Shown here: positions 34,607 to 44,898 of the stretch, piece after piece | How the letters are laid out: each line of letters begins with the position of its first letter | How positions within the stretch are numbered: position 1 is the stretch's first letter | Origin: an uncultured delta proteobacterium | GTDB taxonomy: Bacteria > Desulfobacterota > Syntrophia > Syntrophales > UBA8958 | DNA: 64,000 bases | NCBI GenBank assembly: GCA_903885795.1 | Contig: CAISJV010000007.1 | Span: 75,455 to 139,454, forward strand | Direction: 5' to 3' | Translations under genes and position numbers: made by a program | The notes under the pieces: generated by a model | What the model was told of the DNA's origin: nothing | The model's input: the letters and a program-made list of their open reading frames with translations, nothing else | Database searches by the model: none

Positions 34607-35119
34607 ATGAAGGTAAAGAGAAGAATGCTTAGTGTTTTGATTGCGGTCCTGCTGGTTTTCGGCATGGCAGGAGGGGCCATGGCGGCCTGGGGAACCAAGG
34701 AGCTGGAGACGGAGAAGAGCGCCGTGGCCTTTGCCGCGGAAGTGCAGCGGGGGGGCTACAAGGTAGTTGCCACTCAGGAACTGAAAAGCTGGATCGATCA
34801 GAAGAAGCCTACGCTAATTGTTGACACCATGCCCTATGAAGACAGCTACAAGAAACAGCACGTCCCCGGGGCCGTCCAGATGCTGTTCCCCATTCCCGAA
34901 ATGACCACCCTCGACAACAAGACCAAGGCCGACCTGGAGAAGCTCCTGGGGCCGGACAAAAATCGTCTCGTCGTTTTCTACTGCGGTTTCGTCAAATGCA
35001 CCCGGAGCCATAACGGGGCCATGTGGGCCGTGAAACTCGGCTACAAGAATGTCTATCGTTATCCCGGCGGCATCAAGGCCTGGGACGAAGCGGAATATCC
35101 CATTGAGACGGTAAAATAA
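34607..35119 (+). CDS. exported rhodanese-domain protein
   Basis: Signal peptide MKVKRRMLSVLIAVLLVFGMAGGAMA. The catalytic loop region reads VVFYCGFVKCTRSHNGA..YPGGIKAW. An RBS (aaaggag) precedes the ATG at 34607. Confidence 0.75.
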   Translation: MKVKRRMLSVLIAVLLVFGMAGGAMAAWGTKELETEKSAVAFAAEVQRGGYKVVATQELKSWIDQKKPTLIVDTMPYEDSYKKQHVPGAVQMLFPIPEMTTLDNKTKADLEKLLGPDKNRLVVFYCGFVKCTRSHNGAMWAVKLGYKNVYRYPGGIKAWDEAEYPIETVK

Positions 35120-35122
35120 ACG

Positions 35123-36868
35123 GTGGTTGATTTTAATGAAGTGTGCACGGGCTGTGATGTCTGCGTCAAAGTCTGTCCCTTTCTCGCTGAGTACGGAACG
35201 CCGGACCTGATTCTTTCAGAACAGCCGGAAGCGTCTTTTTATTGCACGTCCTGCCGTCGATGCGACGCTGTTTGTCCCCTGAAGCTGTCGCCGGCTGGTG
35301 CTTTTTTTGAGGCAAAGCAGCGGCTGGTGCAACAGCAACAGGTCCCGTTGCCGGTCCGGAAGGTGTTAGGCGGAGCCCGGAGGTTTGCAAAAACCGGGCA
35401 CAGGTTCCCATTTTCTTTTTATGGAAGTAAAGACACGGTCTTCTGGCCGGGATGCGGTCTCGCCGCAAACCGGCCGGGGCTGGTCCGCCAGATCAGGAAA
35501 ATCCTGAGTAGCCGGTTGCATAAGCAGATCGGGCTGGTCCTCGATTGCTGCTACGATCCGGTTTATGGCTTAGGCGATACGGAAACGGCCTTCGCCGCTT
35601 TGCAGAATATTAACAAGCGCCTACATGATCGAGGCGTCAGTCAAGTGATCACCGGGTGTCTGAATTGTCACAAGCTCCTGTCGCAACATCTTGTGAATAT
35701 TCAGGTTGTTTTTATTCTGGAGCTGTTGCCACCGGATCTCTTTGAGAAACATTGGGCGGGTCCGACGTATCTTCATCACCCCTGTCCGTCCTCGCGGTGG
35801 GAGGGAATCAGGAACGCTGCCAGAGGTTTGATTGATCATTTGTGTGAACCTGTCCCTATTACCGATGATTCCGAACCCCGCTGCTGCGGCGCCGGCGGCG
35901 GCCTGTGTTCTTCATCCCCGAAGCTGGCCGATCGTTTTCTGGAGCGGATCGTTGCGGAAGGAAGGGGCCGAAAAATGATAACATATTGCATCGGTTGTCA
36001 GAACAGCTTCCTCAAAAGGGGTGTGGAAGCTGTCCATCTTCTCGAATGTCTGCCGGGGATAACACCGCGCCGGAAGTTGTCTTCCCCCCTCAGGCAGTGG
36101 GTAAACCGTTTGGCCCTGGCCATAATCGAAAGACTGAAAATGGGGAAGTTCCTGGCCATCCTTATCATCGCCCTCATGGTTGGCAGCGGCATAGAGATAC
36201 CAGCTTTTGCCGCCGGCCCGGATGTCCTGTTCCGGGAGAATTTCGATAGCCTCGCCCAGTGGGAACCCCTGGCCTTTCCCAAGATCAAGGCTCATTCAAC
36301 CTACACCCTGGTCAAGGAAGGGGAGAAATCCGTCTTGAAGGCAGAAAGCCGCGCTTCCGCCTCGGCCCTCGTCTATCGCCGGACCTTCAATATCTATGAA
36401 AATCCCCGTATCCGCTGGCGCTGGAAGGTGACTCAGCTATCGGACCGGGGAAACCCCAAGGAAAAAGTGGGGGACGACTATCCCATCCGGATCTATGTCA
36501 TGTTTCAGTATGATTCTGACAAGGCGACCTTAGGCGACCGCCTGATATACGGCGCCACCAAGGCAATCTACGGCAAACATCCTCCCCACAGTACCCTGAA
36601 TTATGTCTGGACGGGTTCTAGCCTTCCCGAGCGGGTTATTGCGAGTCCCTACACGGAAAAGGCCCGCATTGTCCTTCTGGAAAAGGGAAAGCAGCGGGTC
36701 GGCCAGTGGGTGGAAGAGACAGTCAATGTCATTGAGGACTACCGGCAGGCCTTCGGCAAAGATCCTCCGGCAACTGCTGGTCTCGCTATTATGAGCGACA
36801 CGGACAATACCGGAGAAAACGCGGTGGCGTATCTGGATTTTATTGAAGCGGGAAAGGCTCGCCCATAA
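35123..36868 (+). CDS. Fe-S cluster / CCG-domain oxidoreductase fused through a TM helix to a DUF3047 domain (581 aa)
   Basis: Two ferredoxin-type motifs are present (CTGCDVCVKVCP; CTSCRRCDAVCP), with CCG-type motifs (LDCCYDP; PRCCGAGGG). A TM segment (FLAILIIALMVGSGI) precedes a DUF3047-like tail (RWRWKV..GDDYPIRIYVMF..LNYVWTG). The start codon is GTG. Confidence 0.7.
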   Translation: MVDFNEVCTGCDVCVKVCPFLAEYGTPDLILSEQPEASFYCTSCRRCDAVCPLKLSPAGAFFEAKQRLVQQQQVPLPVRKVLGGARRFAKTGHRFPFSFYGSKDTVFWPGCGLAANRPGLVRQIRKILSSRLHKQIGLVLDCCYDPVYGLGDTETAFAALQNINKRLHDRGVSQVITGCLNCHKLLSQHLVNIQVVFILELLPPDLFEKHWAGPTYLHHPCPSSRWEGIRNAARGLIDHLCEPVPITDDSEPRCCGAGGGLCSSSPKLADRFLERIVAEGRGRKMITYCIGCQNSFLKRGVEAVHLLECLPGITPRRKLSSPLRQWVNRLALAIIERLKMGKFLAILIIALMVGSGIEIPAFAAGPDVLFRENFDSLAQWEPLAFPKIKAHSTYTLVKEGEKSVLKAESRASASALVYRRTFNIYENPRIRWRWKVTQLSDRGNPKEKVGDDYPIRIYVMFQYDSDKATLGDRLIYGATKAIYGKHPPHSTLNYVWTGSSLPERVIASPYTEKARIVLLEKGKQRVGQWVEETVNVIEDYRQAFGKDPPATAGLAIMSDTDNTGENAVAYLDFIEAGKARP

Positions 36869-36910
36869 GATGACTGGTTATTTGAAACAGATTAAGGTCA
36901 TGTGTCGTAG

Positions 36911-36953
36911 AAAAAACGATCAGGGGTACCGTTAAGATTGGCCCCCTGATCGT
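36911..36953 (-). terminator. intrinsic terminator between convergent genes (best on the minus strand, after the porin gene)
   Basis: An 11-bp stem acgatcagggg / cccctgatcgt (36916-36926 / 36943-36953) is followed on the minus strand by TTTTTT (complement of 36911-36916). Confidence 0.65.
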
Positions 36954-36976
36954 TCTAAAATGTGTCAGACGCTCAT

Positions 36977-38515
36977 TTAGAAAGTCAGCGTCAATTTGTG
37001 GGTAAGGAGATAGTTGTCCTTAATAACAGCACTATTGTCGTAGCCTTTGAAGTAGTCGCCTACCCAGAGATAACCCATACCGATCATATAGGTGAGGTTA
37101 TCATAGATCTTGTACTCGCCGGTAATGTCTAATTCGTTACCGTACTTGCTGGAAACGAATTCATTAACCGTTGCTCCCGTATAGTAACCTTTCTGGCCAG
37201 TCTGACCCACGTCGCTCTTCGGCGTTTTGTCGGCGCTGGCGATCGAGAAGGACGCCTTCAGATCCAGCTTGGGCATGGGTTTGATACCGGCGTAGACCTG
37301 ATAAAACCAGACGTTATCCATAGACTGGTTGACGGCATAGCTCTGACCGGTGCGGCGGTTGGTCCCGGTAGCATCGGTGGGGATATTGCCCTGAATATTA
37401 ACTAAATTGCTCTGGTAATCATCGTTCCAGAGCATCAGGGTCGGATAGAAGTTACGGTTCATCTGCAGAGATTGCAGGATAGAACCGGAAGCCTTGTCGC
37501 TGCTGGAGTTGTCGTCGCCACTGATATAGACGAACTTTGCCCCCACATAGGCGGGTTTAAAGTCGTACTTGCCGTGAATAAAGGCTCCGTAGGCGTTCAG
37601 GGACACATTCTGGGCATTGCTGGCGGGAGTCGTGCCGCCGACAGATGCTGCTGTGGAGGTGCTCTCATAAGATCTCAGGGTCCCCGTTCCATAGACGCCC
37701 TCGGCTTCGATGAAGAAATTGCCGAAGGTCAACTGTGCATAGGGGTAAAAGCCGTTAAGCTGGGTCAGATAACCGTTGGCCTGCTGCCATTTGCTCTGAG
37801 CGCTCCGCATATATTGGTAGAGGATGCCTGCCTGACCGGGAGCAAACTTGTAGGTCAGACCGAGGTCATAGACATCACGGTCGGCGTCGTTGGCGATGCC
37901 GATGTTATTGGCATTTAGACCGACGTATTCGGCTCGCTTTTCTGTGGCGGCAACGACCTGCCAAGGCCCCTGGTTGTAGTAGTAACGGATGCCGCCCGCT
38001 GTAAGCGTCGTATCCAGAAAGGCAGTACCCCAAGTTAGGTACTGCATATAACCGACCTGGAATTTGCCGAAGGGGACGTTGAAATCCAGATAGGCCCGTT
38101 CCCATTCGATGTTCTCCTGCGCTTTGACAGTCTTCTGTGCATTACTCCCAGCATTGGCGGGATCTACCATCTGGGTGCGGCTCTGTGTCTCGCCGGTTGA
38201 CCCGGCCCAAGCCTGATCGCCCCATCTTTTCTCCATGGCGTCAAAGCGGGTTACGAGATTCAGACCTTCGACGATCTGGAACTCCGGACTGATGCGGAGT
38301 CGTTGGCCATAAAAGGCATTGGGACCACGACGGGAGTTGTTGTTCCAGGAAGCAGCGCCGGCCTTTTCGCCCGGATCCAGTCCCGAGGGATTATCAACAT
38401 ACCAGCCCTGGGCATAGTAACTGCCGCTGAACTTGACGTCAACCGCCGCCGCGGGCACGGCAAAAGCGATAAACATTGCCATCAACAGTAAAGACCACAA
38501 ATACTTCTTCATCAT
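36977..38515 (-). CDS. outer-membrane beta-barrel porin (512 aa)
   Basis: Signal peptide MMKKYLWSLLLMAMFIAFAVPAAA, alternating beta-strand pattern, Y/G/N-rich composition and a C-terminal ...LTLTF. It lies divergent from pstS, so it is possibly Pho-associated. Confidence 0.75.
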   Translation of the reverse strand: MMKKYLWSLLLMAMFIAFAVPAAAVDVKFSGSYYAQGWYVDNPSGLDPGEKAGAASWNNNSRRGPNAFYGQRLRISPEFQIVEGLNLVTRFDAMEKRWGDQAWAGSTGETQSRTQMVDPANAGSNAQKTVKAQENIEWERAYLDFNVPFGKFQVGYMQYLTWGTAFLDTTLTAGGIRYYYNQGPWQVVAATEKRAEYVGLNANNIGIANDADRDVYDLGLTYKFAPGQAGILYQYMRSAQSKWQQANGYLTQLNGFYPYAQLTFGNFFIEAEGVYGTGTLRSYESTSTAASVGGTTPASNAQNVSLNAYGAFIHGKYDFKPAYVGAKFVYISGDDNSSSDKASGSILQSLQMNRNFYPTLMLWNDDYQSNLVNIQGNIPTDATGTNRRTGQSYAVNQSMDNVWFYQVYAGIKPMPKLDLKASFSIASADKTPKSDVGQTGQKGYYTGATVNEFVSSKYGNELDITGEYKIYDNLTYMIGMGYLWVGDYFKGYDNSAVIKDNYLLTHKLTLTF

Positions 38516-38784
38516 ATTCCTCCTTGATATTTTACCTGATCAGGTATTGGGGCACACAATAAATGAAAAAGATTGCATCTTGATTTCATTTTTATTAAAA
38601 TTGCATTAAACTAACGCATGGGATAGAAAGCATGAAGGAAAGTTAATCAGCAGAATAATTTATGCTTCGGTAGACTGTTTTCTGTTTTCCAAAGGGCGCC
38701 ATCGGCAACGGTAAAAGACCGACACAATAATCAGCATATTTAATCAATCCCATCATTTACAGATTTAACGCAACCTTAACAAAG

Positions 38785-38818
38785 CTGTCATCAAACTGTA
38801 ACAATTGTTTTGTAGACT
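38785..38818 (+). promoter_or_regulatory. Pho box plus -10 element upstream of pstS
   Basis: CTGTCAT CAAA CTGTAAC (38785-38802) has the 7-4-7 Pho-box architecture. TAGACT lies at 38813-38818, 10 nt downstream. Confidence 0.6.
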
Positions 38819-38851
38819 GCCCTGCAAAATACGTAAACTCAGGAGGACAAA

Positions 38852-39670
38852 ATGCTAAGATTTATGAAGGTTATCATCGTCGGGCTGTTGTGCCTGCTTG
38901 TAGCCGCCCCGGCGGCCCTGGCAGGAGACAATGTAGTAATCAAAGGCTCCACAACAGTGCTGCCGATCGCGCAGGCAGCCTCAGAGGCCTATATGAAACT
39001 CTACAAAGGCGTGAATATTTCTTTGTCCGGCGGAGGCTCCGGTGACGGCATCAAGGCCCTTGTCGACAAATCCACGGACATCGCCAATTCGTCAAGAGAG
39101 ATGAAGAAGCAGGAAACGGACCTGGCAAAGAGTAAGGGGGTCAACCCCATGGCTCATGTTGTCGCCATCGACGCCATCGTCCCGATCGTCAATCCCAAAA
39201 ATAAGGTCAAGGATCTGAGCACCGACCAGCTCAGTCAGATCTATCAGGGCAAGATCACCAACTGGAAGGAAGTGGGAGGAGAAAATCTGGCCATCGTGGT
39301 GATTTCCCGGGATAGCAGCTCCGGGACCTATGAATCCTGGGGCCATCTCGTCCTGAACGGCGCGAAGGTGACGCCCAAAGCCCAACTCCAGGCCTCAAAC
39401 GGCGCTATCGTTCAGGCCATCTCCAAGAACAGATACGCCATCGGCTACATTGGCATCGGCTATCTCAATAAATCCGTCAAAGCTGTAACCGTCAATGGCA
39501 TCCAGGCTTCGGCAAAAACGGCCCTTTCCAAGGAGTATCCGGTTGCCAGGCCCCTGTACATGTACACTGACGGAGCGCCCAAGGGAGACACGGAAGGATT
39601 CATTAAATTCCTTCTCAGCAAGAAGGGGCAAGATATCGTAAAGAAGGAAGGCTTCGTTCCCATAAAGTAA
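38852..39670 (+). CDS. pstS: phosphate ABC transporter substrate-binding protein
   Basis: Signal peptide, then IKGSTTVLPIAQAASEAY..SGGGSGDGIKAL..ISRDSSSGTYESW. It is followed by pstCAB. Confidence 0.88.
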   Translation: MLRFMKVIIVGLLCLLVAAPAALAGDNVVIKGSTTVLPIAQAASEAYMKLYKGVNISLSGGGSGDGIKALVDKSTDIANSSREMKKQETDLAKSKGVNPMAHVVAIDAIVPIVNPKNKVKDLSTDQLSQIYQGKITNWKEVGGENLAIVVISRDSSSGTYESWGHLVLNGAKVTPKAQLQASNGAIVQAISKNRYAIGYIGIGYLNKSVKAVTVNGIQASAKTALSKEYPVARPLYMYTDGAPKGDTEGFIKFLLSKKGQDIVKKEGFVPIK

Positions 39671-39776
39671 AAACGAGAAGGAGTTTCAAAGTTATTCTGA
39701 GAACTTATGGGTAAGGTGGGCAGGCCTTGCCCATAAGCTTATTTCCACAAAACGGTTTTATTCAGGCAAGAAAGCT

Positions 39777-40664
39777 ATGACCCGTCATCAAAAAGAAATC
39801 ATCATTAAAAATGTTTTCTTTGTTTTTTCTCTGATCTCCATTTTTATTCTGGGGCTGATTGTCGTTTTCCTTTTCCGGGAAGGGATTCCTCTTTTTCGGG
39901 AAGTCTCCCTGAGAGATTTCATTTTCGGCATGGAATGGTATCCGACTTACAGCCCCCCATCTTACGGAATCTGGCCCCTGATCGTCGGCTCTCTGATCGT
40001 TACCATCTTTTCCTCCCTCATCGCTGTTCCCCTGGGGGTACTATCGGCTGTTTATATCTCGGAAATCGCGCCCCCGGCAATGAAGGAAGTCCTCAAAGCG
40101 ATCATTGAGCTCTTGGCCGGGCTGCCTTCGGTAGTCCTCGGCTTTTTCGGCATGGTGATTATCGCCCCTTGGCTCCAGGAGACCTTCGATCTGCCCACGG
40201 GCTTGAATATCGTCAACGCCTCGGTGATCCTGGCTATCATGGCCGTCCCCACCATCTCCAGCATCTCCGAGGATGCCCTCTACGCTGTTCCCAATGAATT
40301 CAAGGAGGCCTCTTACGCCCTGGGAGCGACGAAGTTTGAAACCATTGCCCGCATCATTATCCCGGCCGCCCTGTCGGGCATTTCTACGGCCATTATCCTG
40401 GGTATGGCCCGAGCCATCGGGGAGACGATGGTCGTCCTGATGGTGGCCGGAGGCGCCGCCGCTATCCCCGAAAGTATCTTCGACTCCGTCCGGCCCATGC
40501 CGGCCAGTATCGCCGCGGAGATGGGAGAGGCCCCCTTTCGCAGCGGCCACTATCACGCCCTTTTTGCCACCGGCATCGTCCTGTTTCTCATGACCCTGGC
40601 CTTCAATCTTATCGCCGATTATATTTCCCAGAAATTTAAGGAAGTGGGGTCGGCAACGCTATGA
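39777..40664 (+). CDS. pstC: phosphate ABC transporter permease PstC
   Basis: Multi-TM permease with the EAA-like loop ISEDALYAVPNEFKEASYALGATKFETI. Confidence 0.88.
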   Translation: MTRHQKEIIIKNVFFVFSLISIFILGLIVVFLFREGIPLFREVSLRDFIFGMEWYPTYSPPSYGIWPLIVGSLIVTIFSSLIAVPLGVLSAVYISEIAPPAMKEVLKAIIELLAGLPSVVLGFFGMVIIAPWLQETFDLPTGLNIVNASVILAIMAVPTISSISEDALYAVPNEFKEASYALGATKFETIARIIIPAALSGISTAIILGMARAIGETMVVLMVAGGAAAIPESIFDSVRPMPASIAAEMGEAPFRSGHYHALFATGIVLFLMTLAFNLIADYISQKFKEVGSATL

Positions 40665-41542
40665 CGAGGCAGACCGTAAGCGGGGCCATGAAACGTCGCT
40701 ATCTCAAGCAACACCTATTTTTTGGCGCTGTCCGCCTGTCGGCCATAATTCTTACCCTGGCCTTGGGTGGTATTCTTTTCTACATCATTGTGAACGGTAT
40801 CCAGGTTATCAGTTGGGAATTCCTGACTTCGCCGCCCACGGACTCCATGACGAAAGGCGGCATCATGCCGGCCATCCTCGGAACTCTTTACCTCACCCTG
40901 GGAGCTATTACCGTGGCCCTGCCTCTGGGCGTCGTGGCTGCTATCTATTTAACGGAATACGCTAAACAGGGAAGAATCGTCCGGGCCATCCGGGTGGGCG
41001 TCAACTGCCTGGCCGGTGTCCCTTCGGTCGTTTTCGGTCTTTTTGGCCTGGGTTTCTTTGTTGTCTTTCTGAAGTTCGGCTCCTCCATCCTTGCCGGCGC
41101 CCTTACCCTTGGCATCCTGATCCTGCCTACGATCATCGGCGCCTCGGAAGAAGCACTTAAAGGGGTTCCCCAAACCTTCCGGGAGGCATCCCTGGCCCTG
41201 GGGGTTTCTAAATGGCTGACAATCTGGAAGATTGTCCTGCCCAACGCCCTACCGGGGATATTAACAGGCTCCATCCTTGGCATCGGCCGGGCCGCCGGGG
41301 AAACGGCCCCCATCATGTTCACGGCAGCGGCCTTTTTTACGGCCAAACTTCCCGGTTCCATCTTTGACGAGGTTATGGCCCTCCCCTACCACGTTTATGT
41401 CCTGGCCACTGCGGGAACCCACATCGAAGAGACACGCCCCATCCAGTTCGGCACGGTCCTGGTCCTCGTCGCCCTGGTGCTCGGAATCGATCTCATTGCC
41501 ATTATCATCCGCAGTTATATGCGCAGGAAGAAAAGGTGGTAA
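40661..41542 (+). CDS. pstA: phosphate ABC transporter permease PstA
   Basis: [34 protein letters not shown]. It overlaps pstC by 4 nt. Confidence 0.88.
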   Translation: MTRQTVSGAMKRRYLKQHLFFGAVRLSAIILTLALGGILFYIIVNGIQVISWEFLTSPPTDSMTKGGIMPAILGTLYLTLGAITVALPLGVVAAIYLTEYAKQGRIVRAIRVGVNCLAGVPSVVFGLFGLGFFVVFLKFGSSILAGALTLGILILPTIIGASEEALKGVPQTFREASLALGVSKWLTIWKIVLPNALPGILTGSILGIGRAAGETAPIMFTAAAFFTAKLPGSIFDEVMALPYHVYVLATAGTHIEETRPIQFGTVLVLVALVLGIDLIAIIIRSYMRRKKRW

Positions 41543-41544
41543 AC

Positions 41545-42318
41545 ATGGAAAACGACCATTTTGATACTGAGATTATCAAGACAAAAAATGTCAATTTTTA
41601 TTATGGCGCCTTCAAGGCCCTGACGGATATCACCATGAACTTTGAGAAAAGAAATGTGACGGCCCTGATCGGCCCTTCCGGTTGCGGCAAATCCACCTTG
41701 CTGCGACTTCTAAACCGGATGAACGACCTGATCGCCGGGGCGCGGGTGGAAGGAGAGGTCCTCTTTGAAGGGATGAACATCTATGACCCCGAGGTGGATC
41801 CTGTGGAGGTCCGCCGCCGGATCGGCATGGTCTTTCAGAAGCCCAACCCCTTTCCCAAGTCCATCTTCAATAATATAACCTATGGTCCCCGGCTCACCGG
41901 CACGGCGAATAAATCGGATCTGGAAGCATTGGCGGAACAGAGCCTCAAGCAGGCCGTCTTGTGGGATGAGGTCAAGGATATCCTGGGCAGATCGGCGATG
42001 ACCCTCTCCGGGGGACAGCAGCAGCGCCTCTGTATCGCCCGGGCTCTGGCCATGAAACCCGACATCCTGCTCATGGACGAACCCACTTCGGCCCTCGATC
42101 CGATTTCCACAGCGAAGATTGAAGAATTGATTGACGAATTGAAAAAAACCTATACTATCATCATCGTCACCCATAACATGCAGCAGGCGGCCCGGATTTC
42201 CGACAAAACCGGTTTCTTTTACATAGGGAAGCTGATCGAATACAACGCCACGGAAAAGATCTTTACCAACCCCGACGTCAAGCAGACGGAAGACTACATT
42301 ACCGGGCGCTTCGGATAA
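41545..42318 (+). CDS. pstB: phosphate ABC transporter ATP-binding protein PstB
   Basis: Walker A is GPSGCGKST, the signature is LSGGQQQRL and Walker B is [12 protein letters not shown]. The start is taken at the ATG (MENDHF). Confidence 0.92.
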   Translation: MENDHFDTEIIKTKNVNFYYGAFKALTDITMNFEKRNVTALIGPSGCGKSTLLRLLNRMNDLIAGARVEGEVLFEGMNIYDPEVDPVEVRRRIGMVFQKPNPFPKSIFNNITYGPRLTGTANKSDLEALAEQSLKQAVLWDEVKDILGRSAMTLSGGQQQRLCIARALAMKPDILLMDEPTSALDPISTAKIEELIDELKKTYTIIIVTHNMQQAARISDKTGFFYIGKLIEYNATEKIFTNPDVKQTEDYITGRFG

Positions 42319-42328
42319 AAGGAGAAAC

Positions 42329-42997
42329 ATGGACGCAAAGCGACATACCAGCAGACAATATGAAGCAGAACTGCAAGAAGTAACGGAAAACCTTCTCTAT
42401 CTGGGAACATTGATAGAAAAAGCTATTGCCGATAGCATCCAGGCGCTTGTGGAGCGGGATTACGACCTGGCTCAAAAGGTCATTGGCTACGACGTTCACA
42501 TTGACAAACTCGACTACGAGATCGAGGAAAAATGCATCCGCCTCCTGGCTCTCCGGCAACCGGCCGCCCGGGACCTGCGGTTTATCACAACGGCCATCAA
42601 GATAAATGGCCACCTGGAACGGATTGGGGACATGGCCGTCAAGATCTGCGAGAAGGCCCTCATTCTCAACAAGGAACCTCAACTGAAGCCCTATATCGAT
42701 CTTCCCCGCATGGCCGATATCGCCCGGCAGATGATCCGTGAAAGCCTGGATGCCCTCGTCCATGAAGATGTCGATCTGGCCAATAAAGTCCGAGATGAAG
42801 ACGAAACCGTAGATAACCTCAACGAGCAGATCTTTCGGGAACTCTTAACCTTCATGATGGAAGATCCACGGACGATTCACCGCTCCCTGCTCATTATGCA
42901 GATCTCCAAGACCGTCGAGCGGATCTCCGATCATGCCAAAGGGATCGCCGACATGGTGGTATATATGGTGACGGGCAAAAGTGTCCGCCATGAATAA
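42329..42997 (+). CDS. phoU: phosphate signalling regulator PhoU
   Basis: Duplicated PhoU repeats are present (ERIGDMAVKI; ERISDHAKGIAD). It lies directly after pstB. Confidence 0.9.
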   Translation: MDAKRHTSRQYEAELQEVTENLLYLGTLIEKAIADSIQALVERDYDLAQKVIGYDVHIDKLDYEIEEKCIRLLALRQPAARDLRFITTAIKINGHLERIGDMAVKICEKALILNKEPQLKPYIDLPRMADIARQMIRESLDALVHEDVDLANKVRDEDETVDNLNEQIFRELLTFMMEDPRTIHRSLLIMQISKTVERISDHAKGIADMVVYMVTGKSVRHE

Positions 42998-42999
42998 CC

Positions 43000-43038
43000 T
43001 ATCCCCACCCCGGCCCTCCCCTTGAATGGGAGGGAGAA
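43000..43038 (+). repeat. REP-like GC-rich palindromic element, copy B
   Basis: tatccccaccccggccctccccttgaatgggagggagaa, with hairpin ccctcccc/gggaggg, lies between phoU and phoR. Confidence 0.5.
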
Positions 43039-43052
43039 AGTGGTATTTTCAG

Positions 43053-44831
43053 ATGAAAAGCCGCCTTTTTTACAAGATATTTGCCTCGTACCTGGTCCTG
43101 GTCGTACTGGTTATCGCCGTAATGGAATTCTACCTGACCCCGAAAATCCATGACACTGTAACGAAAGGAATTGAGGAAAGAATGATCGCCAACGGTCGCA
43201 TTATGGCCCTCATGCCCAAGGGTGACATTATTAGGGAAATCAGGGAACTTGCTTCCCGTTCCGAGGCCAGGGTCACCATCATTGACGCTGACGGCAAGGT
43301 TCTGGCAGACTCCCAGTCGTCGGGACAACTTATGGATAGCCACCTCAACCGTTCCGAGATCCAGGAGGCGCGCATCAAGGGCCAGGGGGTTTCCCAGCGT
43401 TACAGCCGTACTCTTCAGGCTGATATGCTCTATGCGGCTATTGTCATCGGGGATAAAGAAAACATCAAAGGCTATGTCCGCTTGGCACAATCCCTTGTAA
43501 ATGTATCCGGTTCCATTGAACATCTTTATAGAATCATCTACCTGACCCTGTTTTTGATTTCCCTGCCGTCCCTGCTGCTGGCCTTCTGGTTTGCCAGAAA
43601 CATCACCGCACCCATCCGCCGGATGGCGGCATTCACCGGGAAGCTCCGTGCCGGTCAGCGACCGGCGCCGATGTTGATGGATTCTGGGGATGAACTGGCG
43701 CAACTGGCCCGGGATATCAACCATATTCTCGAGGAGCAGGATGAAAAGGTCCGCCTGGCGCAAGAGGAAAAAAGCAAACTAGAGGCCGCTTTTGCCAGCA
43801 TGGTGGAAGGAGCCCTCACCTTGGACCGGGACAACCGCATCGACCAGTTCAACCGGAGCCTCAGAAAGATGATCGGGAAGCGTTATGAAGACATCCTGGG
43901 CAAAACGCCGATGGAAGCCTTCAGAAGCGTCGCTTTGCAGGATGCCCTCCTCCGCTTTCGGGAATCGGGCCAACCAGTCTTGGAGGAAATTGTTCTGGGC
44001 GATGATGAAAACGCACGGATTATCGATGTCAATATTACTGCCATTCAGGACTTCCCCGGTGAGGAAACGAAAATTCTGATGATGTTCCATAATGTTACCC
44101 GCCTGAAGCAGCTAGAACGGATGCGCATGGATTTCGTGGCCAACGTCACCCATGAGATCCGGACGCCCCTTACGGCCATTATAGGTTATATTGAAACTCT
44201 GCAACAAGGCGCCGTTCATGATCCGGAAAAGGCGGAAAAATTCCTCCAAACCATTCATAACAACGCTCAGCGCCTCAATCGCCTTGTCAATGACCTGCTT
44301 ACCTTATCCAATATCGAGATGGGGGAGACAAAAATGCAACTCCGGGAGGTAGCCATCACGGAAGTCATCGGGGAGGTATTGAAAACTGTGGCGCCCCAGG
44401 CAGCGGCCAAGAAGATTACTATGGAAGAGAATCTCTCCGAGGATATCCCGCTGATCCGTGCCGATCGGGATCGGGTGTTTCAGATCCTCTTGAACATCCT
44501 CGATAACGCCGTCAAATTCACTCCCGAAGGAGGGGCCGTCAAGATTACGGCCACCCCAAAAGACGCCTTAACCGTCGTGATCCGGATCGCCGACACCGGC
44601 ATCGGGATTCCTAAAAACGAAATCTCCCGGATGGGAGAGCGTTTCTACCGGGTGGAAAAGACCCGCTCCCGGGACTACGGGGGTACGGGCTTGGGTCTCT
44701 CCATAGTCAAGCACCTGATGGCGGCCCATAGTGGACACATGGAGATCGACAGCCCTCTCAGCCAAGGCACCACGGTTTCCCTGTTTTTCCCGGTGGCCAT
44801 CCCTGAAAAAGAGAACCCAACTCAGGGGTAA
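43053..44831 (+). CDS. phoR: phosphate regulon sensor histidine kinase PhoR
   Basis: Two TM segments and a PAS-like region precede the H-box FVANVTHEIRTPLT. The N box is NILDNAVKFTP and the G box is DTGIGI..GGTGLGLSIV. Confidence 0.85.
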   Translation: MKSRLFYKIFASYLVLVVLVIAVMEFYLTPKIHDTVTKGIEERMIANGRIMALMPKGDIIREIRELASRSEARVTIIDADGKVLADSQSSGQLMDSHLNRSEIQEARIKGQGVSQRYSRTLQADMLYAAIVIGDKENIKGYVRLAQSLVNVSGSIEHLYRIIYLTLFLISLPSLLLAFWFARNITAPIRRMAAFTGKLRAGQRPAPMLMDSGDELAQLARDINHILEEQDEKVRLAQEEKSKLEAAFASMVEGALTLDRDNRIDQFNRSLRKMIGKRYEDILGKTPMEAFRSVALQDALLRFRESGQPVLEEIVLGDDENARIIDVNITAIQDFPGEETKILMMFHNVTRLKQLERMRMDFVANVTHEIRTPLTAIIGYIETLQQGAVHDPEKAEKFLQTIHNNAQRLNRLVNDLLTLSNIEMGETKMQLREVAITEVIGEVLKTVAPQAAAKKITMEENLSEDIPLIRADRDRVFQILLNILDNAVKFTPEGGAVKITATPKDALTVVIRIADTGIGIPKNEISRMGERFYRVEKTRSRDYGGTGLGLSIVKHLMAAHSGHMEIDSPLSQGTTVSLFFPVAIPEKENPTQG

Positions 44832-44898
44832 GATTGAATCGATCACAATCCACCGGTGATCGCCCACGGTAAATATGATGCGACAGTATCCGCCAAAA

